From Limnochordia bacterium (GTDB lineage Bacteria > Bacillota > Limnochordia > DTU080), in the NCBI GenBank assembly GCA_050951545.1, contig JBMNJG010000002.1, positions 160,001 to 224,000 on the forward strand: a stretch of DNA of 64,000 nucleotides. Direction: 5' to 3'. Below the pieces are notes generated by a model. It was not told the DNA's origin. It was given only the letters and a program-made list of their open reading frames with translations, and searched no databases. This document shows, piece by piece, positions 53,505-63,554 of this stretch (positions are counted from its first letter, which is position 1; every line of letters begins with the position of its first letter). The translations under genes and the position numbers were made by a program.

Positions 53505-53700
53505 ATTCCACGATATCGAAGGAAGCTGTTGCCAGGTGGGTGATCTCCACCTCGGGATGGGCGGCCATGTACTCCTCGACATAGGCATCGATGATCTCTT
53601 TTTGCCCGACACCCCAGTGAGTAGCTAGGGTTAGAGAGATCTTGGCCGCCAAAGCCGACCAGGAACGCTAACGCTTGGGCAATCCGTCGCCGCCAGCTAA
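53505..53700 (-). pseudogene. Truncated SBP gene remnant (N-terminus only)
   Basis: Signal-like RRRIAQALAFLVG in one frame, then KISLTLATHWG...EEYMAAHPEVEITH in another; similarity stops after ~45 codons. Confidence 0.6.
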
Positions 53701-53719
53701 AGGGGAGTGACCTAAGGGA

Positions 53720-55558
53720 GTGAGAGATGTGTTTTGGGCGTTTCGGCGAATGCATCTGACGGTGGTACTGCTGCTCACGATTATCCTGGGGACTGGTCTT
53801 GTAGGGGCGACAGATTCAGAAGGGGAGGGGCCGGGGGCCATGCCAACTAGGAGGGAGAAGGAAGGTTGGCGGCTGACGTTCGAGGATGACTTCGATGGTG
53901 ACGAACTGCATCTCACCAAGTGGTCGCGTCTGCCGGATGCCCCGAGGAGAGATGGCCATTGGTGGGGTACAGAGACCTTTTTGGATGGGCAAGGGCATCT
54001 GATCATCCAGACTAGTGAACGCAATGGCGAGTACTATTCCGGAGCGATAAACAGCCGGGGCAAGCTCGAACAGGCCTACGGCTACTACGAGATACGCGCC
54101 CAGTTGCCCAAGGAAGAGGGTTTTTGGACAGCATTCTGGCTGATGACCGACGGCGTTGGTATCGTGGGTGATGAGGGCCGGGATGGGACGGAGATAGATA
54201 TCTACGAGTCGGCTTATCCCAAACAGGACAGGATTCAGCATGCGTTGCACTGGGATGGCTATGGCGCCCACCATCAGAGTGCTGGGCATGCACCCTACAT
54301 ACCGGGGATCTATGAGGGGTTTCACACCTTCGCGCTACAGTGGGATAAGGATGAGTACATCTTTTATGTCGACGATCAGGAGACCTGGCGGACATCCGCT
54401 GGTGGTGTGTCAGAGGTGCCCTCATTTCTGAAGATCACGGCCGAGGTGGGGGACTGGGCGGGGGATATCCGCAAGGCAAAACTACCGGCGCAACTGATCG
54501 TCGACTATGTGCGGGTCTATGAGCGCATTCAAGACATAGTGATCGAGTCGCCAGCAAGAAGGGCCACGGTGGCCGGTGACGAGCCAGTGCGCATTGAGGT
54601 CAACCCGGGTATTGATGTAGCGGAGATCCGGGTGCTCCAAAACGGTGCGGAGATCTATGTAGGCAGTAGCGTCCCCACTGAGCTCACGCTTCGGGGTTCG
54701 GCGATCACCGGGGATGGCCAGGACGCGCTTCTTGTGATCGTCACCGACAAGGAAGGGCAGGTGTGGCAGAAGGAGACCTGCTTCTCGATCAGTCGCGCCT
54801 TTCTACGCCTACCCGCGCTTGATGAGCAGGTCAAGCGAGTGCAGGGGACCTTGGCCATAGGAAGCGTGGTGGCAACGGCTACCGACGAACACCTCACGGG
54901 TGTGACCTTGTCATTGCATCCCCTTAGGGACGGTGAGAGACGCGAGGGCGTTACTCTCTACGACGGGACGCTCGCACCTGGAGTGGTGGTCCTAGACACC
55001 CTGGAATACCCCGATGGCGCGTATGACCTGGAGCTGATCGTGGAAACCGATCAGGCGAACCTCTCCACCGACTCGCGGCGCCTTATCATCCGTAACTGGG
55101 CCACGCAGATCGAAGAGTTTTTGCCACCAGCGTCCTTCTTTGGTGCGGGCTTTGACAGATTGGAGACCACGGCCCGTTCAGATGGCTGGGATTTCGCCAC
55201 AGATAACGCTGCGGACTTCTGCGGTGATGGAAAGCGGCTCACCTCTAGTGGTGAGGGTGACGAATACTTGATCTGGGAACACCCTCATCTGCGTCATTTT
55301 GAGCTCATCACCTACGTCAAGGATGAGCAGATGCTCGACTTTCTAGACATCGCCACCTCGGCGGACTTGGAGCACTGGTGCCCCGTGGACTGTCAAGCGG
55401 TGGTTCTAGATCGTTCGCCCGCCGGATGGCTACAGGTGTCCCTGAGCGGGAAGATCGGGGCGGAACTGGAGCAACATCTTCTACGCGTGACGTTGCGGGA
55501 GCATGAGGGAGATCTGCAGCTAGGCCAGTTGGAACTCACCGGTGTAGCTAGCAACTGA
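53720..55558 (+). CDS. Secreted GH16 glycoside hydrolase with C-terminal accessory domains
   Basis: WRLTFEDDFDG, GFWTAFW, EIDIYE catalytic motif, FHTFALQW, VDYVRVY. Confidence 0.9.
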   Translation: MRDVFWAFRRMHLTVVLLLTIILGTGLVGATDSEGEGPGAMPTRREKEGWRLTFEDDFDGDELHLTKWSRLPDAPRRDGHWWGTETFLDGQGHLIIQTSERNGEYYSGAINSRGKLEQAYGYYEIRAQLPKEEGFWTAFWLMTDGVGIVGDEGRDGTEIDIYESAYPKQDRIQHALHWDGYGAHHQSAGHAPYIPGIYEGFHTFALQWDKDEYIFYVDDQETWRTSAGGVSEVPSFLKITAEVGDWAGDIRKAKLPAQLIVDYVRVYERIQDIVIESPARRATVAGDEPVRIEVNPGIDVAEIRVLQNGAEIYVGSSVPTELTLRGSAITGDGQDALLVIVTDKEGQVWQKETCFSISRAFLRLPALDEQVKRVQGTLAIGSVVATATDEHLTGVTLSLHPLRDGERREGVTLYDGTLAPGVVVLDTLEYPDGAYDLELIVETDQANLSTDSRRLIIRNWATQIEEFLPPASFFGAGFDRLETTARSDGWDFATDNAADFCGDGKRLTSSGEGDEYLIWEHPHLRHFELITYVKDEQMLDFLDIATSADLEHWCPVDCQAVVLDRSPAGWLQVSLSGKIGAELEQHLLRVTLREHEGDLQLGQLELTGVASN

Positions 55559-56032
55559 GGCGGGCATCAAGGCAGTTCCACCTGTTCTGCTTCCACTAAG
55601 ATCACCTCCCCTAGCTGCAGGGGTCACTGTCCGGGGCGCGGTCTTCGACTTCACTGCAGGTGGAGAAGAACTGCGCGAAATGGCGCGACAGCAGATGCAG
55701 AAGCTGTGTTGGCGACTGGACGTTGGAAACCCTGGGCTTGCGCCTAGCCGAACTCCCCGAGCGCCTCGCGGGATTCGCATAGCCGTGCAACCGCCCGACT
55801 TGCAGAAACCGCCATGACCTAGAGGCGGAAAACGGCTTCGAAAAATAACACTATCAGAGGAATTGTTCGGACACAATCGGCTGATACGCGATTGTCCCGG
55901 GGATTCTGCGCGCAGCGAGACAGACGAGGCAGTAGCCCAAAGAGGCGCAAAGGAGTTGCCGCTGAGGCAGTTGAATGTGGTCTTGGCATCGTGGCCGACT
56001 TGGATACAACCTACAGAGGGGGCTTCAACAGA

Positions 56033-58465
56033 ATGACTCAGTTTGTCTCTGATCGGTTCGGCGTCAGAAGGCTGGTTTGGCTCGTGTCCTTTTTGGCTCT
56101 GAGTTGTCTTGTTACGGGTTCGTTGACGGCTTGGGGAGAGGCGGCTGCCACCTGGCGCTCAGCACTCTATCCGGAGAACTGGACACCTGCGTTTGCAGAT
56201 GGCGAGGGCCGTTATCTGCATGATTTCTCCTACGCTGGCTATTATGCAGGTGAGAAGCCTTTGCCTGAAAGCGTACCAGGGCCCCGGGTCGACGTGACGC
56301 AGGCTCCGTATCACGCGGATCACACCGGGGTAGAAAGTGCCTCCTTGGCTATTCAGCAGGCCATCAATGACGTAGGGCGGGCGGGTGGCGGCACTGTCTA
56401 CCTGCCACCTGGCACCTATCGTCTCACGCTCGAGCCATACCGCTCTGAAGCCTTGCTCGTCGCCTATAGCAATGTGGTGGTTCAAGGCGCTGGTCTCGAC
56501 AAGACATTCCTGTTCTTAGATGAGACTGTCACCCGGGGGAAGGCCATGATTCGGGTGACACCAGCCCTGACAGGTGTCAAGTGGTCGGATATCGACGGTC
56601 AGGGGCAAATGCTGAGAACGGATGTCGCTGCTCGAGACACGGTTATCCCTTTGTCAGGTCCGCCACACTTCGCGGTGGGCGAATGGGTTGTCCTTCAGTA
56701 CGACTGCACACCTGAGTGGGTAGCGGAGCACAACATGAGCGACGGTTGGGATTCATCCATTGGCGGCCCTGCATTCTACAGAGAGATCGTGGCGGTTGAC
56801 ACCACGGAGAACACCATCACGCTCGACACGCCTCTGCGATATGCAGTGAAGGTGCGAGACAAAGGCCGGGTGCATCGGGTAAGCCAGCCGCTTATAGAGG
56901 TGGGTTTGGCTGATTTCGCAATCAGCATGCGCGAGCATCCATCCACCAGCGGCTGGGGCAACAACGACCACGGCACATTCGGGACAGGGGCCTACGATGT
57001 CCACTCGAGTAGCGCCGTCAGCTTTAATGGGGTCATTAACAGCTGGGTGCGCGATATCGCTACCTACAAGGCCCCTGGTAACACCTACGCCCACATACAC
57101 TCCATTGGGTTCAATTTCAGTCGGAGTCGCTTTCTCACTATCCGCCGTGTAAGTGTTGAGAATCCGCAGTATCGGGGCGGCGGGGGCAATGGTTATCCGT
57201 TTGTCGTCGGCACGCAAGACAGCCTGTATGATAGCCTCCGAGCCATCAACGGCAGGCACAACTTCACGATCACTGGTCAGCGGGCCAGCGGCAACGTCAT
57301 CTACCGGGGGTATATCAGCAACCCCATCCGCTCGTTGGCAGCTGATTTCCACGCCTATCTATCGATGGCGAACCTAATCGACAACCTGATCATCGACAAC
57401 GATCGCTTTGAGGCGGCAGATCGCAGTGGCGCTGCTGGGGTAGCTGGCTTCCCGAAGCATGGCGTAACCACTACCCAGAGTGTTTTCTGGAACAACGAGG
57501 GGCTGTCATACCCTCTAGACCGACCGGCGATTATCCGCTCTGATCAGTATGGCTGGGGCTACATTATTGGAACTCGCGGCCCGGCTTTCAGAGTGGCTTT
57601 GGGCGTCAGTGAGCGTACTGCACCGGAGGACTATCTGGAGGGCGAGGGTTTGGGGGCCTCGTTGCAGCCTCAGTCGCTCTACGTGGATCAACTCGAGCGC
57701 AGGCTCTTGCGAGAAGGCAAGGCTAACCGTTGGGAGGCTGTACGTGAGGGTTTGACCCCACCGCCTATCACGGAGTGGGAGTCTGTCGAGCCAGAGGGTT
57801 TGAGACGAAGCCTCGAGCCGGAACTGCCGCTCATTTATCAAGAGGATTTCGAGAACGCACTCATCGACATTCTACCCGATGGATGGGACCAGCTACGGAC
57901 AGTAAACTCACCGGATATGCCGCAGGTAGTACAGGCCCCAGCAGAACTGGGTGCGTCGAGCGGACAGGTTCTCTGTTTGGGTCGCACCGCTGGCACGTCG
58001 AACGTCACGGGTCAGGCAGTGTTCAACTTCCCTCCAGTAAGTGAAAGGCTTGTCCTCTCCTTCGACATGTTCACCACAACTGAGCGGCGCAACCTGCGAG
58101 TTACCCTAGGGGGCTCTGACCTGATGCCCCAAAGTGTCCATGGTACGACGGCCAATGCTGGCCTTTTCATCGCCATGAACGGTGGCCGCATCTTGGCTCT
58201 GCTCGACAGTAAAGCCAACACGTGGGCGTTTGGCGGCTCCTATGGCGCAGGACGCTGGCACACGGTGACGTTTGATGTCAACATCAAGGAGCAGACGTTC
58301 AATATGTATGTTGACGACGCCGTTCTGCCCGGCAACGCGGAGCCTATCTCGTTCTATAGGGGGTATAGCGATCTTTGTACGCTAGCCTTTAGCTATCAAA
58401 GCATCTCCTCTCATAACAACACAGACCCGGTCTATGTGGACAATGTGAGGCTGTGGGGCGAGTAG
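56033..58465 (+). CDS. Secreted parallel beta-helix protein (pectate-lyase-3-like) with C-terminal lectin-like domain
   Basis: LHDFSYAGY, AIQQAI..GGGTVYLPPGTY, SNVVVQGAG, PQSLYVDQL; C-terminal YVDNVRL. Confidence 0.8.
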   Translation: MTQFVSDRFGVRRLVWLVSFLALSCLVTGSLTAWGEAAATWRSALYPENWTPAFADGEGRYLHDFSYAGYYAGEKPLPESVPGPRVDVTQAPYHADHTGVESASLAIQQAINDVGRAGGGTVYLPPGTYRLTLEPYRSEALLVAYSNVVVQGAGLDKTFLFLDETVTRGKAMIRVTPALTGVKWSDIDGQGQMLRTDVAARDTVIPLSGPPHFAVGEWVVLQYDCTPEWVAEHNMSDGWDSSIGGPAFYREIVAVDTTENTITLDTPLRYAVKVRDKGRVHRVSQPLIEVGLADFAISMREHPSTSGWGNNDHGTFGTGAYDVHSSSAVSFNGVINSWVRDIATYKAPGNTYAHIHSIGFNFSRSRFLTIRRVSVENPQYRGGGGNGYPFVVGTQDSLYDSLRAINGRHNFTITGQRASGNVIYRGYISNPIRSLAADFHAYLSMANLIDNLIIDNDRFEAADRSGAAGVAGFPKHGVTTTQSVFWNNEGLSYPLDRPAIIRSDQYGWGYIIGTRGPAFRVALGVSERTAPEDYLEGEGLGASLQPQSLYVDQLERRLLREGKANRWEAVREGLTPPPITEWESVEPEGLRRSLEPELPLIYQEDFENALIDILPDGWDQLRTVNSPDMPQVVQAPAELGASSGQVLCLGRTAGTSNVTGQAVFNFPPVSERLVLSFDMFTTTERRNLRVTLGGSDLMPQSVHGTTANAGLFIAMNGGRILALLDSKANTWAFGGSYGAGRWHTVTFDVNIKEQTFNMYVDDAVLPGNAEPISFYRGYSDLCTLAFSYQSISSHNNTDPVYVDNVRLWGE

Positions 58466-58475
58466 ACGTGCAAGA

Positions 58476-58504
58476 ACGGCGGCGCAGAATTCTGTGCCGC
58501 CGTC
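58476..58504 (+). terminator. Hairpin after the beta-helix gene
   Basis: acggcggcgcag...ctgtgccgccgt. Confidence 0.55.
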
Positions 58505-59039
58505 TACATGGGCGTACTCCGGCAGAATGGAAGGAACCACTTCGATTTGCGTAGAAACTCCCGATGATGCAATGACTGTATGATATCTAAAAACAGCAAG
58601 GGAGGCGTGAGTGGTGAAAGTCCATCGAAATCCGGGGACTGCGCGTTGGGTAGGCATTGTGAGCGCACTGTTTTGTATGGCTGCCGTCGTTTGTGTGGGC
58701 GGGGCTGCGCCAGTCAAGGTGCAGATGATCGAGTTTCAGCGAGTCGAGGAGGCAGAGTGGCAGCGCGCAGTTGTTGAGCGATACCACGCTTCGCAGGATG
58801 ACATTCGCATTGAGCTTATAAGCTTGGCCGGGTCGGGTCCAGCTACGAAGCCGCTGACCATGATAGCGGCTGGGGCGCCCCTTGATATCTCTTACCACGA
58901 TCCATACAAGATTATCGAGTGGACGCATCAGGGCCTTGTTCAGGACCTTACGCCTTATCTGAACCGGGATCGCAAGTTGTTTGCTGAGTTTTTCGATCCA
59001 CTCTTGGACCTGTATAAAGTCAAGGGCGGTAGATACGGC

Positions 59040-60734
59040 GTCTGTGTCAAGAGGTTACGGGCGACGCACCCGATCCCCGTATGCATTTTTTGCGTTGCCT
59101 AGCTTGCCACCGAAGCTAAGCCACCCCCAACGATACGATTCACGAGACAGGACATGCCGCCTGAGCCCGTCTTGCCGTACCCGGCGATCGGCACGCTGGC
59201 CGCAAGCGTGGAAGTGCCTCCTGCCACGGCTGCTAGAACGTCATTCACTGCCTCCAGTGCTAGGCTTGAACCCAGATCCAGCTTTTCGTCAACGCTGCGT
59301 AGCCAATCCCGAAGGCGGGCGGTTACCTCGTGCAGACGATCTGTTTTCCACCAACATAGCAGCTCCATCATCGCCGACAGGCCTGTAGGGCTCCAGCTGC
59401 GTCCACGTCCCTTCACACGGTCGGCAAAGCCATCTGCCTGGCTCTCCGCTGCTCCAAGACCGCGCATGTTCGTCGTGTCTACTCCTTGAGCCGCCAAGCG
59501 ATGCCGGTAGTCTACGGTCGCCTCGGGCATGCTCGTCAGGTCCTTGAGTAACGCTTCACATTCCCGACGACCTTTTCCGCCAAGCTTCTTCAACCCCTGC
59601 TCCAGGCGGGCCAAGAACGCACCACCAGTGAGATCCTCTTCGTCTTCGAGCGCTCCCATGATCTCAGAAAGCTCTTGTGAGTGCGCTCGGAACAGCCTAA
59701 GTATATCTCGCTTCAAGTGGAATCGATCGATCTGGTACAAAGCCTTCGGGAAGTACTCCGTCCCTTTACGGATCCAGTTCGCACGGTCACCGTTGATCAC
59801 CACAACCGTGTCATCGTCAATGTCATAGTGGCTATAGACAAACCGGCTGGCCTTTTCCCAGAAGCCTTCTGACTGCCCACTTTGGCTTCTGTACTGCCGT
59901 TTCTCTAGCAGTTCGTAGCCACCAGACTTTCCCTCCGAGTAACGTGGCTGCCAACCCTCATGCACCGTCAGCATCTTCTCTTCAGTTGACTTCCGCTGCT
60001 GCTGCTGAAGGTGAACCCACAACCCGTCTACCTCAAGGAACAGGACGGGCACACGACGCTTTCCGCATGGATCGGCCAGTTCTGCATCCTGGGCATCCTG
60101 TAGACGCTCACCAGCCTCTAGGACCCTCTGACGCACCGTCTCGTGGCTGACGACCCGATGCCCCTGAATCGCCTCCAGGCTATCAGCCGCCTTCCGGTAG
60201 GCCGAGGTGTTAACGGCCATCTCCAGGAGCGTTTCTGCCAACAGCGGGCTGATCTGCTTGTAGGGCTCTAGGCTGAGCGCCTCATCCAGCAGGAACACGT
60301 ACTTGTTCTTCTTGCAGTCAAAGTACTGCCGCCGGCGAAAGCGCACACTCTGGCCTATCGCCGTTTCTACCGTGCGCTCCTCGTGCTTCTTGACCTTGAA
60401 GCGCTCCGAGTCCCGCATCGTGAACAGAGAGTCATCTAGACGCTGCAGCATCGTCTCCAGCCCTTCGGCAAGCAACTCCCGCAACCTAGCCAATAACAGC
60501 GTCTCAATCTCCGAAAAGGAGAAACCAAGGCAGCCACGAATCTTATCCATAACGAGAAGTCCTCCGTTCAAATCTCCTTTGGAGATCGGGCTTCTCGTTC
60601 CCTTTATTTTCCACCAAGTATTCCAGACTGCCCGCCATCCATGAGCATCCTTCAACCCAGACTCACGTGGCCGCAACCAGAGACTAGCCCTACTCGGATC
60701 CCTCAGGCTCCACCCGTAAACATCTTACACACAC
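59040..60734 (-). mobile_element. ISLre2-family insertion sequence, 1695 bp, 9-bp TSD AGATACGGC
   Basis: Imperfect IRs gtctgtgtcaagaggttacggg / cccgtaaacatcttacacacac; TSD at 59031-59039 and 60735-60743. Confidence 0.93.
59099..60550 (-). CDS. ISLre2-family (UPF0236) transposase
   Basis: LFLEVDG, INGDRANWI, IDRFHL, GAAES, RVKGRGRSWS; GGAGG RBS. Confidence 0.92.
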   Translation of the reverse strand: MDKIRGCLGFSFSEIETLLLARLRELLAEGLETMLQRLDDSLFTMRDSERFKVKKHEERTVETAIGQSVRFRRRQYFDCKKNKYVFLLDEALSLEPYKQISPLLAETLLEMAVNTSAYRKAADSLEAIQGHRVVSHETVRQRVLEAGERLQDAQDAELADPCGKRRVPVLFLEVDGLWVHLQQQQRKSTEEKMLTVHEGWQPRYSEGKSGGYELLEKRQYRSQSGQSEGFWEKASRFVYSHYDIDDDTVVVINGDRANWIRKGTEYFPKALYQIDRFHLKRDILRLFRAHSQELSEIMGALEDEEDLTGGAFLARLEQGLKKLGGKGRRECEALLKDLTSMPEATVDYRHRLAAQGVDTTNMRGLGAAESQADGFADRVKGRGRSWSPTGLSAMMELLCWWKTDRLHEVTARLRDWLRSVDEKLDLGSSLALEAVNDVLAAVAGGTSTLAASVPIAGYGKTGSGGMSCLVNRIVGGGLASVAS

Positions 60735-61628
60735 AGATACGGCATCCCCCTCGATTTGCAGGTGCAGGGGTTCTTCTATCGTGAAGACTTCTTCGACGAG
60801 GCAGGCTTAGGGTATCCGCGGGAGGGCATGACTTGGGATGATATCGCCAGGATCTCTCCTCATCTGGTGAAGCAGAACAACGAAGGCGTGATCTCTCGGT
60901 ACGCCATGCGCTTCCCGCAGTTTTGGCATTGGTGGTCCATTCTGTGGCACCACGGAGCCTCGTTCTTCGACAATGAATGGGATCCGCAGCGCTTTGTGGG
61001 TGACAGCACCGAGATGCGTCAAGGGCTCGAGTATCTGCGAAGCATGATCCATGACAAACGGGTTATGGCGCCACGTACCATGTCAGGCGCGACTGCGGTC
61101 AATCTCGTTGTGAACGGGCAAGTGGCCATGGCCATCGGCAACTCCTTATACATGCAGGAGATGGTGCGACTTGGTCATGAGAGGCCATGGAATGTGGCAA
61201 GGCTGCCTTACGGGCCTGCTGGGAATAACGTGGCGTGGTTCAACTCGTTGGGCTGGTTCATCGTCAGCACGGCCCCCCATCCGCAGGAGGCGTGGGAGGT
61301 CATCAAGTACTTCAGCTCAGAAGCAAGCATGCGTCTTTCCGTGGAAATGCGCGGTACCCTCGTGCCACATAGGCGTGTGTCTCAGACAGTCTGGATGCAG
61401 CAGTGGGAGTATCCGAAAGACCGGCGGGTCTTCTTGGATGCCATCGGTACGGCACGTGGCCTGCCAGCTGTTTTTGGGGACGGCATCAATGCCATTGTAG
61501 CTGGCGTAAATGCTGTCGCCGATGGTCAGAAGCCAATTCCGCAAGTCATCGGCGACTGGCAGGTCCAGCTCAACGCCTGGCTCAAAGATGGACGCTGAGG
61601 TTGGCTCCGCCACCAAGGGTTACCGCAA

Positions 61629-61656
61629 GCGAGAGGCGTTTCGCCTCTCGTCTTTC
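61629..61656 (+). terminator. Intrinsic terminator
   Basis: cgagaggcg-ttt-cgcctctcg followed by tcttt. Confidence 0.65.
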
Positions 61657-61673
61657 CTTCTTATCACTACATA

Positions 61674-61703
61674 TTGACGGTATGCAGGTGAGGTACATAT
61701 AAT
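61674..61703 (+). promoter_or_regulatory. SigA promoter of the TA operon
   Basis: TTGACG-18 bp-TATAAT. Confidence 0.7.
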
Positions 61704-61733
61704 GGTGATGCACGGTGGGTGGAGGTGGACAAC

Positions 61734-61988
61734 GTGGCATCTGAGACAAAGCGGATAACCATCACAATACCCAAAGACCTTCTCGAAGAGATCCGCGCGT
61801 ATTCGACGAGCATCAGTGGCTTCTTGACGGAAGCGGCTGCTGAGCGATTGAAGCACGAACGATATCAGCGGTCGGTTACCGCTAGCGCGGGTGCCTGGCG
61901 TAGGGAGGACCATGCCGACCTTGATGAGATTGACGGCATTACTCATTACGTGACCAGCTTAAGGAGCTCGGGGATCCGTGAGGATTGA
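61734..61988 (+). CDS. Ribbon-helix-helix antitoxin (VapB-like)
   Basis: KRITITIPKDLLEEI...ISGFLTEAA; overlaps the PIN gene. Confidence 0.8.
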   Translation: MASETKRITITIPKDLLEEIRAYSTSISGFLTEAAAERLKHERYQRSVTASAGAWRREDHADLDEIDGITHYVTSLRSSGIRED

Positions 61989-62409
61989 TCTGAGGCGAGG
62001 GTCTCCCAGACGGTTGATGGTCGATACATCCGTGTTGATCGCCCATCTTCGAGGTGTGGCTCATGGCACAGAGTTGATGAGGTGGGCGGGTGCCGCAGGT
62101 GTGCCGTATGTGTCGGCCCTGAGCATACTGGAAGTTGCCCAGGGCATGGCTAGGCGCGAAGAGGAAGCAACTCGTGCGCTTCTGGATTCTCTCGAACCGG
62201 TTGTCATTACGTACTCAGTCGCCTGGGACGCAGGGGTGTTGCTGCGAGACCTTCGGCAGCAAGGTCTCACCATTCATCTGCCTGACGCGCTCATCGCGGT
62301 ATGTACTCTGAGCGTCGGTGTGCCTCTTCTCACACACAACGTTCGCCATTTCGAACGGATTCCGGACCTTGAGGTGCTTGACGCAGGGAGCACAGGTCAG
62401 CTAGCGTGA
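61978..62409 (+). CDS. vapC: PIN-domain toxin, VapC family
   Basis: VDTSVLI, SILEV, LPDALIA, LLTHNVRHF. Confidence 0.9.
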   Translation: MRIDLRRGSPRRLMVDTSVLIAHLRGVAHGTELMRWAGAAGVPYVSALSILEVAQGMARREEEATRALLDSLEPVVITYSVAWDAGVLLRDLRQQGLTIHLPDALIAVCTLSVGVPLLTHNVRHFERIPDLEVLDAGSTGQLA

Positions 62410-62641
62410 CTTTCCTAGTTAGCGAAAAGAAAATGGGGCAAAGCCCCTATCCTAAGGCGTTTTTCAGATGTCCGGATGTCGCACCTGACTATGCGCGAGC
62501 TTCTCGAGATTTAGGAGATCAAACAGGCGCCTTTGCGGTGGGGTCATGCAAAAAGAATAAAAGACAAAATGACGCCCTACAGAATACCCACCCTATGTTG
62601 ACGCTTACACGGCAAAAAATGCCGTAACTAGGAAACTTACG
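62405..62641 (-). mobile_element. 237-bp MITE: internally deleted IS1634 derivative flanked by CTAG
   Basis: IRs cgtgactttcctagtta / taactaggaaacttacg; 62402-62549 is identical to 63552-63699. Confidence 0.88.
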
Positions 62642-62657
62642 CTAGCGCGCAGAAGCT

Positions 62658-63377
62658 TCATGTGCCCACCTGGATAGGGCAAGCTATTTTCTCTGTCAGC
62701 TGTTGGCACTCGAGCAGAAACAAGTCGTACTTTAGATCAAAAAGAATCTGATCCCCCGTTGACACGCCACCCCACACAGGTCTAGGCAGTATCCATTGTG
62801 GTTCACATATCCCGACGCGTCGAGCTCTTGTACTTGAGTAATCCAAACGTAATTCGAGAGAAAGAAGAGAATGCCACTGGTCATTCCAGACCGGCCATAA
62901 CCATTCATCATCATAACAGGCGGGGTTACTCATACAGTTAGCCTCAAACTCGGCTAGTTGTATGGCCCTTTCGAGTACGCCTTTTTTAGTGTAGGTAGAT
63001 TGAAGGATAAACTCACGATTGGGAGCCCATTGGGGATCACAAGTGCCCACGCGCTGGAAACGTTCCCGGGCGTAGGTCAACTGTCGATCCCAAAAGGTTA
63101 ATGATGGGGTGGGCTCGTCTATACGAAGCCACGGCCTAACCCAAGAATCGTCATATGACGGACCAAAGGCATGCCCCTCACTGATCGCAAGTTCCATAGC
63201 CCATTCATATACTCGTGCGGTAGGTAGACCACCCCAGGCCTGTGGCCCTTTTTTCATCTTCGTAACGTAGTCAGAGACTTCCCGAATGATCATCGATGGG
63301 TCATACATGCCGTTCCCTGTGGCGAATGCAGAGCAAGTCCTCGCTACTATAAGGATAACGGTAACAACGCGCAGCAT
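62658..63377 (-). CDS. Hypothetical secreted protein with two internal ~62-aa repeats
   Basis: Signal-like N-terminus; repeats with YDDxWxxP and RVGxCxPQW; lower GC than flanks. Confidence 0.7.
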   Translation of the reverse strand: MLRVVTVILIVARTCSAFATGNGMYDPSMIIREVSDYVTKMKKGPQAWGGLPTARVYEWAMELAISEGHAFGPSYDDSWVRPWLRIDEPTPSLTFWDRQLTYARERFQRVGTCDPQWAPNREFILQSTYTKKGVLERAIQLAEFEANCMSNPACYDDEWLWPVWNDQWHSLLSLELRLDYSSTRARRVGICEPQWILPRPVWGGVSTGDQILFDLKYDLFLLECQQLTEKIACPIQVGT

Positions 63378-63440
63378 TCTTTTCTTGACTTGCCCTCCCT
63401 GGTGCCGGTTCCCCATAGTTAACCCTCTCCTGATCTCTTG

Positions 63441-63554
63441 TGGAGTTGCCCCGCTTTAGTGGACACAGCAACACTACGCTACCGAAGCCTGATCTTCCTC
63501 TTGTTTGCGGCGTAACCAACCTGATTCGAAATCCATTGGGCTGAGACAACTTAG
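63441..63554 (-). mobile_element. Right end of an IS3-family element, cut by the IS1634 insertion
   Basis: Minus strand encodes LSCLSPMDFESGW...* (IS3 OrfB-like terminus), then IR gtgtccactaaagcggggcaactcCA. Confidence 0.7.

Larger units (their letters stand above)
58611..61598 (+). pseudogene. Sugar ABC SBP gene interrupted by ISLre2 (58611-59039 joined to 60744-61598)
   Basis: Removing the IS and one TSD copy gives in-frame ...KGGRYG-IPLDLQVQGFFY... Confidence 0.93.
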
